Made by a program: the position numbers and the translations under genes | Notes under the pieces: generated by a model | Seen by the model: the letters and a program-made list of their open reading frames with translations, nothing else | The model's database searches: none | Told to the model about the DNA's origin: nothing | Assembly (NCBI GenBank): GCA_041499215.1 | Contig: JBGQJV010000001.1 | Location: forward strand, 1-63,484 | Direction of reading: 5' to 3' | DNA from: Gemmatimonadota bacterium | Lineage (GTDB): Bacteria > Gemmatimonadota > Gemmatimonadetes > Gemmatimonadales > GWC2-71-9 | DNA: 63,484 bases | Shown: piece by piece, positions 26,192-34,906 of the stretch | Position numbering within the stretch: position 1 is the first letter of the stretch | Layout: the number at the start of each line of letters is the position of its first letter

Positions 26192-26599
26192 ATGCCCGCT
26201 GAACCTCCCGCTCGCGTCAGACTCGATAAGTGGCTCTGGGCAGCCCGCTTCTTCAAGACCAGGGCCCTGGCGGTGGAGGCCGTCGACGGTGGCAAGGTCC
26301 GGGTAAATGACGATCGGGTGAAACGGGCCAAGCAGGTCCAGGTGGGAGACCGGGTGGAGATCCGGCTGGGGCCGTACCTGCACGCGGTCGTGGTGCAGGG
26401 GCTGTCCGAGCGCCGCGGGCCCGCCCCCGAGGCAGCCAAGCTGTATCAGGAGACACCGGAGAGCGTCACGGAGCGTGAGCGGGTAGCATTCCAGCTGAAG
26501 GCCGCCCACGTCCTGTTCGTGCCGGAAGCCAATGAGCGTCCGACCAAGCGTGATCGGAGGAGGCTGGAGGACTTTCGCAAGAAGTCCGGGTGGGAGTAG
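26192..26599 (+). CDS. hslR: ribosome-associated heat shock protein Hsp15 (S4 RNA-binding domain)
   Basis: VRLDKWLWAARFFKTRALAVEAVDGGKVRVN, basic C-terminal tail. Confidence 0.8.
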   Translation: MPAEPPARVRLDKWLWAARFFKTRALAVEAVDGGKVRVNDDRVKRAKQVQVGDRVEIRLGPYLHAVVVQGLSERRGPAPEAAKLYQETPESVTERERVAFQLKAAHVLFVPEANERPTKRDRRRLEDFRKKSGWE

Positions 26600-26602
26600 G
26601 CC

Positions 26603-29257
26603 CTACTCCGACCGCAACGCTTCGGTGGGATCAATCCGGGTTGCGCGCCGTGCCGGGAGGTAGCTGGCCACCAGGGTAACCAGGGCAAGCAGTCCGCCCG
26701 CGCCCAGCAGCGCGACCGGATCCCCCGGCCCGATACCGAACAGCAGGCCCCGCAGCGCCTGCCCCAGTCCCAGCGAGAGCAGGCCGCCGACCGCGATCCC
26801 CGCGCCGGCGAGGATGGCACCCTGCCGAATCACCATTCGCCGGATCTCTCCGGGACCGGCGCCGAGGGCCTGGCGGATGCCGAACTCGCGGCTCCGCTTG
26901 ACCACATTGAACGAGACCACCCCATACAATCCCACCACCGCTACCAGCAACGCAGCCGCGGCAAAGGCGCCCAGCAGTATTAGCGGCACCCGCCTTGCAG
27001 CCACCGCCGACGCGGACTCGACTTCAGAGCTGAGCGGAGCAACCTCGTAGAGCGGCACCCCCGGATCCTGTCCCCGGATGAGCGTCCTGACTTCCCGGGT
27101 CAGGGCCGCCGGCGCGAGGCTCGACCGGATCACCAGCGACATCCGGGTCGAGGGATACTGGAGGTGCGAGAAGTAGATCGTCGGCGGGGGCGGAGACTCG
27201 AGCGCACCGGTCCGGACGTCTCCCACCACCCCCGCGATGTCCCAGGTGGAGTCGGGGAATGCGTAGAACCGCAGTCGCCGGCCAAGCGGGCTTGCTCCAG
27301 GGAAGAGCTTTGCCGCCAGGGAGGCGTTGAGCAGGACCGACGGCCGGTGGGCAGAGTCATCACGCGTATCGAGCAGCCGGCCGGCGACCAGCGGCACAGC
27401 CAGGGTCGGGAAGTAGCCCTCGCTCACCGCCCGGGTGGCTGCTTCGAGCCGGGCGGAGGGCTCGGGCTCCGGCTCGCCTTCGATGTGGAATGTGTTGGTG
27501 TTGCCGCCGTTGAGCGGCAGATTGGTGATTGCCGCTGCGCTCGTCACACCAGGAATGCGCCTGATTCCGGCAAGCAGGTCCAGGAAGAACCGCTGCTGTG
27601 AGGCAGTGGCCTGGTACCGCGGGCCCGAAAGACTGATCCTGCCCGACAGAATCCGATCCGGGACAAAGCCAAGATCGAGGCGAAGCAGCTCGGCCAGGCT
27701 CCGACCGACCAGCGCGGTCCCGGTCAGCAGCACCAGGGTCAGCGCGATCTCGGCCACGATCAGGCCGTCCCGGAGTCTGAGCAGGGAGCCAGCAGCCGTG
27801 GTCCTCGGGCCTCGACCCATCAGACCGCCACCGTCGGCCTTGAGCGCGTGAACGATCGGCCCGAGCCCTAGGGCGAGGGTGGTTCCGGTTGCAAGAAGCG
27901 CGGTGTACCCCAGCACGGTCCGATCGAGTTCCGCCGACCGCAGGTACGGCAGGTGCGCCAGCAGACTTCCGGGGAGCGCTCCCACGACCAGCCGGACTCC
28001 CGCATGCGCGAAGGCAAGTCCGAGCAGACACCCGATGGCCACAAGGAGAACACTTTCCATCAGCAGCTGACGGGCAAGGCGCCACCGCGACGCACCCAGA
28101 GCAGCCCGTACCCCCATTTCCTGCTCGCGCCCCAGAGCACGCGCCAGCAGCAGGCTGGCGATGTTGGCGCACGCGATCGCCAGGACCAGCACCATGGCGG
28201 CGAAGAGCGCCATGAGAACCGGCCGCACGGTTCCCAGGAGCTGGTCCCGCAGCGGAATCACCGCCGACTGACGGCCCTGGTTGCTCGCGGGATACTCCGC
28301 CGCGAGTCGCGTCATGATCTGGTCGAGCTCTGCGCCGGCCTGTCGGAGAGTGACCCCGTCGCGGAGCCGACCGACCACATTCACCCAGTGGTTGGCCCGC
28401 TCGGAGCGCCGCTCAGCGGTCCGCCCCAGCGTGAGCCAGAAGTCCACCTCGCCGAGCGGCGCAAAGTGGAATCCGGCCGGGAGCACTCCGATGATGCGGA
28501 ACAGGCGGCCATCCAGGATGAGGGTGCTGTCCAGCGCGGCTGGATCAGCGCCGAAGCGAGCCTGCCAATACGCGCGGGTCAGCACCACCACCGCCGCGCC
28601 GTCCGGCACATCCTCCTCGGGGCGAAAGCCGCGGCCCAACACCGGTGCCGCCCCCAGCATCTCGAAGAAGCCGGGGGTGGCCCGACCCGCGGCCCGGACC
28701 TCGGCTCCCTCGGGTCGGGCGACGACCACATCGCTCTGGTTGTAGCCTGCCATCGCGGCGAAGGACTTGCCCTGCGACCGCCAGTCCAGAAAATCGGGGT
28801 AGGAGGCTTCGCTGCGGGCGTCGCCCTTGGTCTCCCACAGATGGACCAGGCGGTCGGGGTCGTCATAGGGCAGACCACGAAGGATCGCCGCCCGAAGCAC
28901 CGTGAAGGAGGCGGTGTTTGCGCCGACCGCGAGCGCGAGTGTGAGTATCAGCAGCGCCGAGAAGCCGGGCGCACGGACCAGCAGCCGGATGCCAAAGCGC
29001 AGGTCACTCCATAGATCGGCCCACAACTCGGCGCGCTGGAGGCGATGGGCGTTCCCTTGGTCGATCCGTGCCAGTTCCTTCCGCGCGGCCTCGAGATCCC
29101 CGAACTCCCGCTCGGCGGCACGGCGGGCATCCTCTGGCGGGAGGCCCCTGGACATGAGCTCCTCCGCTCGTGCCTCCAGGTGGAAGGCCAGCTCGTCCTC
29201 GATCTCCCGTGCCGTGCCGTGCCAGCGTGGCAGCACGCGCCGCAGCCAGCGGATCAT
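26603..29257 (-). CDS. duplicated FtsX/MacB-type ABC permease (ADOP family)
   Basis: 884 aa. Characteristic N-terminus (REIEDELAFHLEARAEELMSRGLPPEDARRAAEREFGD). Two permease halves, each with 4 TM helices. 4-nt overlap with padR. Confidence 0.8.
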   Translation of the reverse strand: MIRWLRRVLPRWHGTAREIEDELAFHLEARAEELMSRGLPPEDARRAAEREFGDLEAARKELARIDQGNAHRLQRAELWADLWSDLRFGIRLLVRAPGFSALLILTLALAVGANTASFTVLRAAILRGLPYDDPDRLVHLWETKGDARSEASYPDFLDWRSQGKSFAAMAGYNQSDVVVARPEGAEVRAAGRATPGFFEMLGAAPVLGRGFRPEEDVPDGAAVVVLTRAYWQARFGADPAALDSTLILDGRLFRIIGVLPAGFHFAPLGEVDFWLTLGRTAERRSERANHWVNVVGRLRDGVTLRQAGAELDQIMTRLAAEYPASNQGRQSAVIPLRDQLLGTVRPVLMALFAAMVLVLAIACANIASLLLARALGREQEMGVRAALGASRWRLARQLLMESVLLVAIGCLLGLAFAHAGVRLVVGALPGSLLAHLPYLRSAELDRTVLGYTALLATGTTLALGLGPIVHALKADGGGLMGRGPRTTAAGSLLRLRDGLIVAEIALTLVLLTGTALVGRSLAELLRLDLGFVPDRILSGRISLSGPRYQATASQQRFFLDLLAGIRRIPGVTSAAAITNLPLNGGNTNTFHIEGEPEPEPSARLEAATRAVSEGYFPTLAVPLVAGRLLDTRDDSAHRPSVLLNASLAAKLFPGASPLGRRLRFYAFPDSTWDIAGVVGDVRTGALESPPPPTIYFSHLQYPSTRMSLVIRSSLAPAALTREVRTLIRGQDPGVPLYEVAPLSSEVESASAVAARRVPLILLGAFAAAALLVAVVGLYGVVSFNVVKRSREFGIRQALGAGPGEIRRMVIRQGAILAGAGIAVGGLLSLGLGQALRGLLFGIGPGDPVALLGAGGLLALVTLVASYLPARRATRIDPTEALRSE

Positions 29258-29595
29258 GACTGGGCCTCCCCCAGGCGGAGCACCCGGAACACCGCCTCCG
29301 CATACGCGGTCCAGGCGGCGGATTTCTCGCGCAGCGCCCGCCGGCCCTGCGGGGTGAGCCGGTAGTACTTGGCCCGGCGGTTGTTATCGGAGAGACCCCA
29401 CTCCGAGACGATCCACTCGCGCGCTTCCATCCGGTGAAGCGCCACGTACAGCGCCCGATCCTCTACCACCAGCGAGGAGTCGCTTGCCGTCCGGATGGTC
29501 CGGGCAACGGCATACCCATGGGCCGGCCCGGCCGCGAGTGCCTTGAGGATGAGAAGATCGAGAGTGCCCTGAAGCAGGTCGAGCGAAGACGGCAT
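29254..29595 (-). CDS. PadR family transcriptional regulator
   Basis: LLQGTLDLLILKALAAGPAHGYAVARTI ... KYYRLTPQGRRAL. Confidence 0.85.
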   Translation of the reverse strand: MPSSLDLLQGTLDLLILKALAAGPAHGYAVARTIRTASDSSLVVEDRALYVALHRMEAREWIVSEWGLSDNNRRAKYYRLTPQGRRALREKSAAWTAYAEAVFRVLRLGEAQS

Positions 29596-29600
29596 GGCGT

Positions 29601-29621
29601 TCCCCGGAACCGTTCCGGGGA
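29601..29621. promoter_or_regulatory. perfect 9-3-9 palindrome overlapping the padR ribosome-binding region
   Basis: TCCCCGGAA-ccg-TTCCGGGGA, starting about 6 nt upstream of the padR ATG. Confidence 0.45.
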
Positions 29622-29760
29622 GCCCTACGGATGGTCCCCAGGATCCGTTTCACGACGCACCCCTCAACTTCCCACCACCCCCGCCGATAGTAGTGACTAG
29701 CGGCACCGGGCCTAGGGACGGCCCCCAGTTTCGCCGTGTGCAGGGGACCCGGAGCGACCC

Positions 29761-30057
29761 ATGCCCGTCTCAGGCACCGCAATTGCCAGCGCGCTCAACG
29801 CGCTCAGACTGTACACCCGGCGGGTCGATCAGGCGGCCGAGCGGATTGCCTCCGCGGGGTTGTTCGACGTCACGACCGAGCCCGCGCCGAGCAGTGACCC
29901 TGCCACACCCCCCGCTGCGGCACCGGAGCCGGTGGATCTTGGCGGCGCGATGGTCGACATGATGATTGCCCAGCGGGCATTCGCCGCGCAGCTCAGGGTG
30001 CTGCGGACCGCGGACGAAATGCTCAAGGAGACCGTGGAGCAGACCAGGGCGAAGTAA
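29761..30057 (+). CDS. small protein with FlgC/rod-protein-like N- and C-terminal motifs (98 aa)
   Basis: N-terminal AIASALNALRLYTRRVDQAAERIAS. C-terminal VDLGGAMVDMMIAQRAFAAQLRVLRTADEMLKETV resembles the flagellar rod C-terminal signature. GGAG lies 6 nt upstream of the ATG. Confidence 0.5.
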   Translation: MPVSGTAIASALNALRLYTRRVDQAAERIASAGLFDVTTEPAPSSDPATPPAAAPEPVDLGGAMVDMMIAQRAFAAQLRVLRTADEMLKETVEQTRAK

Positions 30058-30168
30058 GGCGGAAAAGGCGAGAAGGGCGGAAGGACGGGAGTCTCCTCCC
30101 GCCGTTCCGCCCTTTCCGCCCTCCCGCCCTCCCGCCTTGCCGCCTTGCCGCCTTGCCGCCTTGCCGCC
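30058..30168. repeat. repeat-built imperfect hairpin filling a convergent spacer (GGCGGAA-type arm, TTCCGCC-type arm, then GCCGCCTT x4)
   Basis: About 25-nt arms with 21/25 complementarity by hand alignment, around the loop tctc. Followed by ccttgccgccttgccgccttgccgccttgccgcc. Confidence 0.75.
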
Positions 30169-30555
30169 TTACTCCACTATCACCTCCCCAGTCATGAACG
30201 GATGCGGCTCACAGTGGTAGACGAAGGTCCCCGGCACATCGAAGGTGACCGTATAGGTTACCCCCGGCTCGAGCGGGTCCGAGCTCCATTTCCCGCCGTC
30301 AGCGGTGGAGGTATGGGCCGGAGTCCCGGCGGGCTCACAGTTGACCCAGGTCACCTTCCCTCCCGCCCGCACCCGCACAGGAGTGGGCGCGAAGGCGAAC
30401 CCGCCGATCGCAACCACCGTCGAGCCGAACTGGCTCGGGCTGAGAATCACGCTACAGGAGCCGGAGGAAGGCCCGGTCGCGTTGCTGCGCTCCGACACGC
30501 AGCCCGCGGCTGCGAGGACGAGGCCGAGGAGTCCGACGACCAGAGTGGCCCTCAT
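30169..30555 (-). CDS. small cupredoxin lipoprotein (amicyanin/pseudoazurin-like)
   Basis: Lipobox LVLAAAGC. Type-1 Cu ligand pattern H (AHTST) ... C-E-P-H-P-F-M. Start at MRATLVV (Met57 of the ORF). ATGA overlap with the upstream gene. Confidence 0.8.
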   Translation of the reverse strand: MRATLVVGLLGLVLAAAGCVSERSNATGPSSGSCSVILSPSQFGSTVVAIGGFAFAPTPVRVRAGGKVTWVNCEPAGTPAHTSTADGGKWSSDPLEPGVTYTVTFDVPGTFVYHCEPHPFMTGEVIVE

Positions 30556-31646
30556 TTGACCACCACCGTGGCTGTCATGAAGGGATGCGGAGTGCAGTGC
30601 AGCGGGTAGCTGCCCGGCCTGGTGAAAGTGTATCGCCACACCTGGCCGCTCTCGATCATCCCCGAATCGAAGCTGGTGTCGTCCGCGGTGACGGTGTGCG
30701 GCATGGGGTCCTCGTTCTTCCACTCGATGGTGGTCCCCGCCGCGATCTCAAGCTGCTCCCCGGTGAACTTCAGACCCTGCATCGTGGTCTTCACCACGGC
30801 CCCGACCACCGGCCCCGACGGGACGCTGCCCGGTGCTGCGGACGCAGCCGCCCCCGAGGCAGCGGGTGCCGCGGCGGCGGGCCTGGGCTTGTGGCCGAAG
30901 TACCGCGCCAGAGTGACCGGGATCGTGAACTCGAACCCGTACCGCGTCAGGGTCGCCCCGCGCGAGGCGCCCTGCAGCGTCGCGGTGTTGGTGTTGCTGG
31001 CGTGCAGTGAAATCGTGTGCGGGGTATTGGGAATCGCGATGGCCAGGCCGGCGCTCCACGCCGCCTTCTCCCCCCTGGCTCGATCCGGCGACGTGAGGCT
31101 CACCAGGTCGCCGTGCAATCCCAGGTGCCGGGTCAGCTTGAACGCCGCGCCGCCTCCCACGGCCAGCTGCGCGCTGCCGTTGTGGACGTATGGGTTCGAC
31201 AGTGCCCGCCCGACCGCGACCAGCCGGAGAGGACCTGCCCGCCGTGCGAGCGACAGTTCGCCATCAAGGCCTTTCGCCGCGATGTTCCACCCGACCTGCC
31301 CGCCCACGTCCAGCGGGAATCCGCCGGCCTGCGTAAGTGGCTGGACCCGACCGAAGAACTCCCACTCGTTAGGATACGCCGGCGCGAGTGTGGAATTGGT
31401 CGCGTAGTTGAACCCGATGGTCGTACCCTGGAGCAGGGAGAACGCCACGAGGAAGGTCGGGAAGTTGGTCAATTTCCTGACCGGCGCCGGGCTCTTCACG
31501 AAGCGGTGCAGGAAGTTGAACTGCACCGTGCCCGGATGGATGACCCAGTCGCCGGAGACATTGGGCGACCGGTCGAGGTTGCCCTGGGCCGCGAGCGATC
31601 CGGTTGCCGGCGCCAGCAACAGAACGACCAAGACTCCACGCTTCAT
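30552..31646 (-). CDS. beta-barrel-like N-domain (DUF5777-like?) fused to a C-terminal cupredoxin
   Basis: Signal peptide. About 250 aa with alternating beta-strand patterns (YGFEFTIPV). An Ala/Pro linker. Then HTVTADD ... C-T-P-H-P-F-M. Confidence 0.65.
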   Translation of the reverse strand: MKRGVLVVLLLAPATGSLAAQGNLDRSPNVSGDWVIHPGTVQFNFLHRFVKSPAPVRKLTNFPTFLVAFSLLQGTTIGFNYATNSTLAPAYPNEWEFFGRVQPLTQAGGFPLDVGGQVGWNIAAKGLDGELSLARRAGPLRLVAVGRALSNPYVHNGSAQLAVGGGAAFKLTRHLGLHGDLVSLTSPDRARGEKAAWSAGLAIAIPNTPHTISLHASNTNTATLQGASRGATLTRYGFEFTIPVTLARYFGHKPRPAAAAPAASGAAASAAPGSVPSGPVVGAVVKTTMQGLKFTGEQLEIAAGTTIEWKNEDPMPHTVTADDTSFDSGMIESGQVWRYTFTRPGSYPLHCTPHPFMTATVVVK

Positions 31647-31677
31647 TCTGGCTCCGATGGCCGTGCTGCCGATGGCA

Positions 31678-33948
31678 CTATTGCACCCGGATCCGGCCGT
31701 TCATGCCCTGGTCCTTGTGGATCGTGCAGAAGTACTTGTACTCGCCCACCTGGGGAAACACCCGGGACGGGCTCGAGCCGGGTGGAGAATCCGGGATGTT
31801 CCCGCCGGGCGGAGCGAGGGTCTCGAAGGTGATGTTGTGGGTGGTCCCCGAGACCTGCCACACCACCGTTTCGCCCGGCCGGATGGCGATATCGTCAGGA
31901 TTGAACTTCACGCCCGGAGTGGCGATCACCGCTCCGACCTGGCTACCGACAGTGATCGTCGACGTGGCACTGTGCGTGGTGCCGCCGGCCGTGAGCGTGG
32001 CGGTGACCGTTGTCGAGCCGACACCTCTGCCCGTCACCAGTCCGGTGGGTGTCACGGTGGCCACGGCGGTGCTGGAGCTGCCGAACACCGGGCCCGGGAG
32101 CCCCACCATCGCCGCCCCGGTCTGATCGAGCGGCGTGGCGGTGAGCTGCACCAGACCGTTGAGCTGCACGAACGGCGCCTGCGGGGTCAGCTCCAGTGCG
32201 GTGTAAGTCGGCGTACCGGTACTGCCGGTCACCACCACTGTCCCGGACATACTGGAGTGCCTGGTGCAGACGTAACCGTAGCTGCCGGCCGAGGTGAAGG
32301 TGCGGGACTGGCTGCTCCCCGCGGGCTGGTCGGGGATGTTCCCACCGGGCGGCTGCGCCGCGGTGAAGGTGACGTTGTGAGTGTTCCCTGAGAACTGCCA
32401 GGTGACCGTCCCGCCCGCAGCGATGGTCACGCTCGGCGGCGCGAAGGTCAGATTCGGCGTGGTCACCGTCGCTCCACCGGGCACCGGCGCACTGACCAGC
32501 ATCGTGGCCGTGGCCGAGTGAGTCACCGCACCACTGCTGATCGTCACCGTGATGTTGGCGGTGCCGGCCCCCATCGCCGTCACCATCCCGGCGCCATTCA
32601 CCGTGGCGATCGCGGGGTCACCGCTGCTGAACCCCGGGGCCGGCAGCCCCGTCATCGGCACCCCGGTCTGGTCCAGCGGCACGGCAGTCAATTGGACCGT
32701 CCCGCCCAACAGCAGCGTGGCGGTTGCCGGCGTCACCGCAACCGACGAATAGACTTGCGCCTGGCCGGACTGGACGATCACCTGCCCCGTCATGTTGTTG
32801 TGCCGGGTGCACTCGTACGTGTAGACCCCCGCGGTGGGGAAGGAACGCTGCACCGTGCTGCCGATCGCCTGGTCGAGCACGTCCCCCAATGGTGGCACAG
32901 GGCCTGGCAGCCAGGTCACGTTGTGTACCGCGCCGGAGAACTGCCAGGTGACTGTCTGTCCGGCCAGGATCGTGACCGTGCCCGGAGCGAAGGTGAGGTT
33001 CGGCGTGGTCACGGTGGCACCCGCAGCAGGCGCGCTCACCCGGATGAGGCTGGTGGCTGCAATGGTCGTCCCACCGCTCGTGATCGTGGCCGTGATCGTA
33101 TCCACGCCAGCGCTCACAGCGGTGACCAACCCGTCTGAGGCCACGACCGCCACAGTCGCGTTGGAAGTGATGAAACTCGCGCTGGGGAGGCCCGCAATCG
33201 GGACGCCGACCTGGTCGAGCGGGGCCGCCGTTAGCCTGAGCGTGTCTCCGGAAAGGAGCGAGACGTCGGCGGGCGCGAGCTGCACCGAGGTGAACACTTG
33301 CTGCTGACCCGACTGCACGATCACGGTGCCGCGCATATTCGCGTGCCGGGTACAGTCGTAGACGTACGTGCCCGCGCTCGGGAAGGCCCGGGAGACGGTG
33401 GTCGGCGGCACCTGGTCAGGAATGCCGCCGCCGGGAGGCGCTGCAGCGGCGGTGAAGGTCACATTGTGCACCGCGCCCAGGAAGATCCAGGTCACGCTGT
33501 CGCCCTGCGCGATGGTGATCGTCGCCGGCGCGAAGGTGGTTCCGACGGTGGTCACCGGGTGAGCCGGCGCGCCCGGCGCAGAGGCGGTCACCACCACGAT
33601 TATGGTATCCGCGTGGGTCGTACCGTTGGCCGTGAGACTGGCGAGCACCCGGGTGCGGCCCACCGCTCCGCCGGTCACTACCCCATCGACGACGCCGGCG
33701 ATCGTGCTGTCCTCGCTCGCCCAGCTGGCCGCCGGAAGACCGCCCATTGCAATGCCATCCTGGTCCTTCGGTGTCACCGTCAGCTGCACGGCCTCACCGA
33801 CCGCCACCGAGATGCTGTCGGACGATATCGATAGACCGCTGAACTCAACCTGCGGCTGGATCGGCCCGGCGGCCCCACCACCCCCGCAGCTGCCGAGCAG
33901 CATCACCACGAGCGCCTGACAGAGCAGGAAGAGATGCGGACGGCGCAT
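31678..33948 (-). CDS. lipoprotein with four tandem [Big_2-like Ig domain + cupredoxin] modules
   Basis: Lipobox MLLGSCGG. Four repeats end in CTRHANM, CTRHNNM, CTRHSSM and CTIHKDQGM, each with an upstream HNVT(F/W)/HNITF His. Start at MRRPHLF (Met22 of the ORF). Confidence 0.75.
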   Translation of the reverse strand: MRRPHLFLLCQALVVMLLGSCGGGGAAGPIQPQVEFSGLSISSDSISVAVGEAVQLTVTPKDQDGIAMGGLPAASWASEDSTIAGVVDGVVTGGAVGRTRVLASLTANGTTHADTIIVVVTASAPGAPAHPVTTVGTTFAPATITIAQGDSVTWIFLGAVHNVTFTAAAAPPGGGIPDQVPPTTVSRAFPSAGTYVYDCTRHANMRGTVIVQSGQQQVFTSVQLAPADVSLLSGDTLRLTAAPLDQVGVPIAGLPSASFITSNATVAVVASDGLVTAVSAGVDTITATITSGGTTIAATSLIRVSAPAAGATVTTPNLTFAPGTVTILAGQTVTWQFSGAVHNVTWLPGPVPPLGDVLDQAIGSTVQRSFPTAGVYTYECTRHNNMTGQVIVQSGQAQVYSSVAVTPATATLLLGGTVQLTAVPLDQTGVPMTGLPAPGFSSGDPAIATVNGAGMVTAMGAGTANITVTISSGAVTHSATATMLVSAPVPGGATVTTPNLTFAPPSVTIAAGGTVTWQFSGNTHNVTFTAAQPPGGNIPDQPAGSSQSRTFTSAGSYGYVCTRHSSMSGTVVVTGSTGTPTYTALELTPQAPFVQLNGLVQLTATPLDQTGAAMVGLPGPVFGSSSTAVATVTPTGLVTGRGVGSTTVTATLTAGGTTHSATSTITVGSQVGAVIATPGVKFNPDDIAIRPGETVVWQVSGTTHNITFETLAPPGGNIPDSPPGSSPSRVFPQVGEYKYFCTIHKDQGMNGRIRVQ

Positions 33949-34301
33949 CGGCCCCTCGAGATACAGGATGGTCCGGGGAGTTGCGAATAGACATTCATGA
34001 GGCAGGCGCAAGGGATCTCTCTCCCGCCCGCATCACGGCGGAGGAGTTCGACGCAACCAGCGTTCCGAGGAGAGCCCAGCACGGGATTTGGGTCCGGAAA
34101 CCGAGGGCAACTGCCTGCCACACCATGCACTTAGTGAGAGGGCGGCGGCGCAGTAAGCCGGTGAAGAACCGCCTCGCAACTGCTGCGCAGCGGTACGCCT
34201 GTACCGAATCGAGATGGAAAGGGATGACACTCCCAATAGGAAAGCGGGGAACGGGCATGGTACCCCATTCCCCGCCGCAGGGACGCCTGCTCTCCTCGGA
34301 G

Positions 34302-34904
34302 TCACTCCAGCCAGTCGGCGATCGCCTCGATTTCGCCCTCAGCTAGCTCGTGGCCAGCCTCTCGCCAATCGAGCCGGACCTTGGCCCCACGCGCGCCGAG
34401 GAGCTCCGCCAGCCTGGCGGTGTTCCCGGGCGGCACAATGGGGTCATGCCGGCCCGCGCCGAGCCAGACTGGTGTGCCGGGCAGGTCTTTCGGCTCCGGC
34501 TCCAGCGGAACCATGGCGCGAAGCAGGACTGCGCGGGCCAGCACCTCGGGCCGGAGCAGGAGCAGGCTGGCCGCGATGTTTGCCCCATTGGAGAAGCCGA
34601 CTGCCGTCACCCGCCCGGGGTCGAACCGGTGGAGCTCGGCCGCGTTTAGGATGAAAGCCGCGAGCCCCTGGGTGCGGGCGACCAGGTCCTCCTGATCGAA
34701 CACACCCTCGGCGAGCCGCCGGAAGAACCGGGGCATGCTGCCGCCTTCCAACACCTGGCCTCGCGGACTCAGCACGTTGGCACCGGGCCGGAGAATCCGG
34801 CCCAGTTGCAGCAGACTATTCTCGTTGCCGCCCGTCCCATGGAGCAGCAGCAGGGTCTCCCCGGAGGTCCCCGGGACGTAACGATGAACGAACTCCGTAT
34901 CCAC
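34302..34904 (-). CDS. phospholipase/carboxylesterase-family alpha/beta hydrolase (MhqD-like)
   Basis: LLLLHGTGGNE, nucleophile elbow GFSNGA. Immediately downstream of the dioxygenase. Confidence 0.75.
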   Translation of the reverse strand: MDTEFVHRYVPGTSGETLLLLHGTGGNENSLLQLGRILRPGANVLSPRGQVLEGGSMPRFFRRLAEGVFDQEDLVARTQGLAAFILNAAELHRFDPGRVTAVGFSNGANIAASLLLLRPEVLARAVLLRAMVPLEPEPKDLPGTPVWLGAGRHDPIVPPGNTARLAELLGARGAKVRLDWREAGHELAEGEIEAIADWLE

Positions 34905-34906
34905 CG

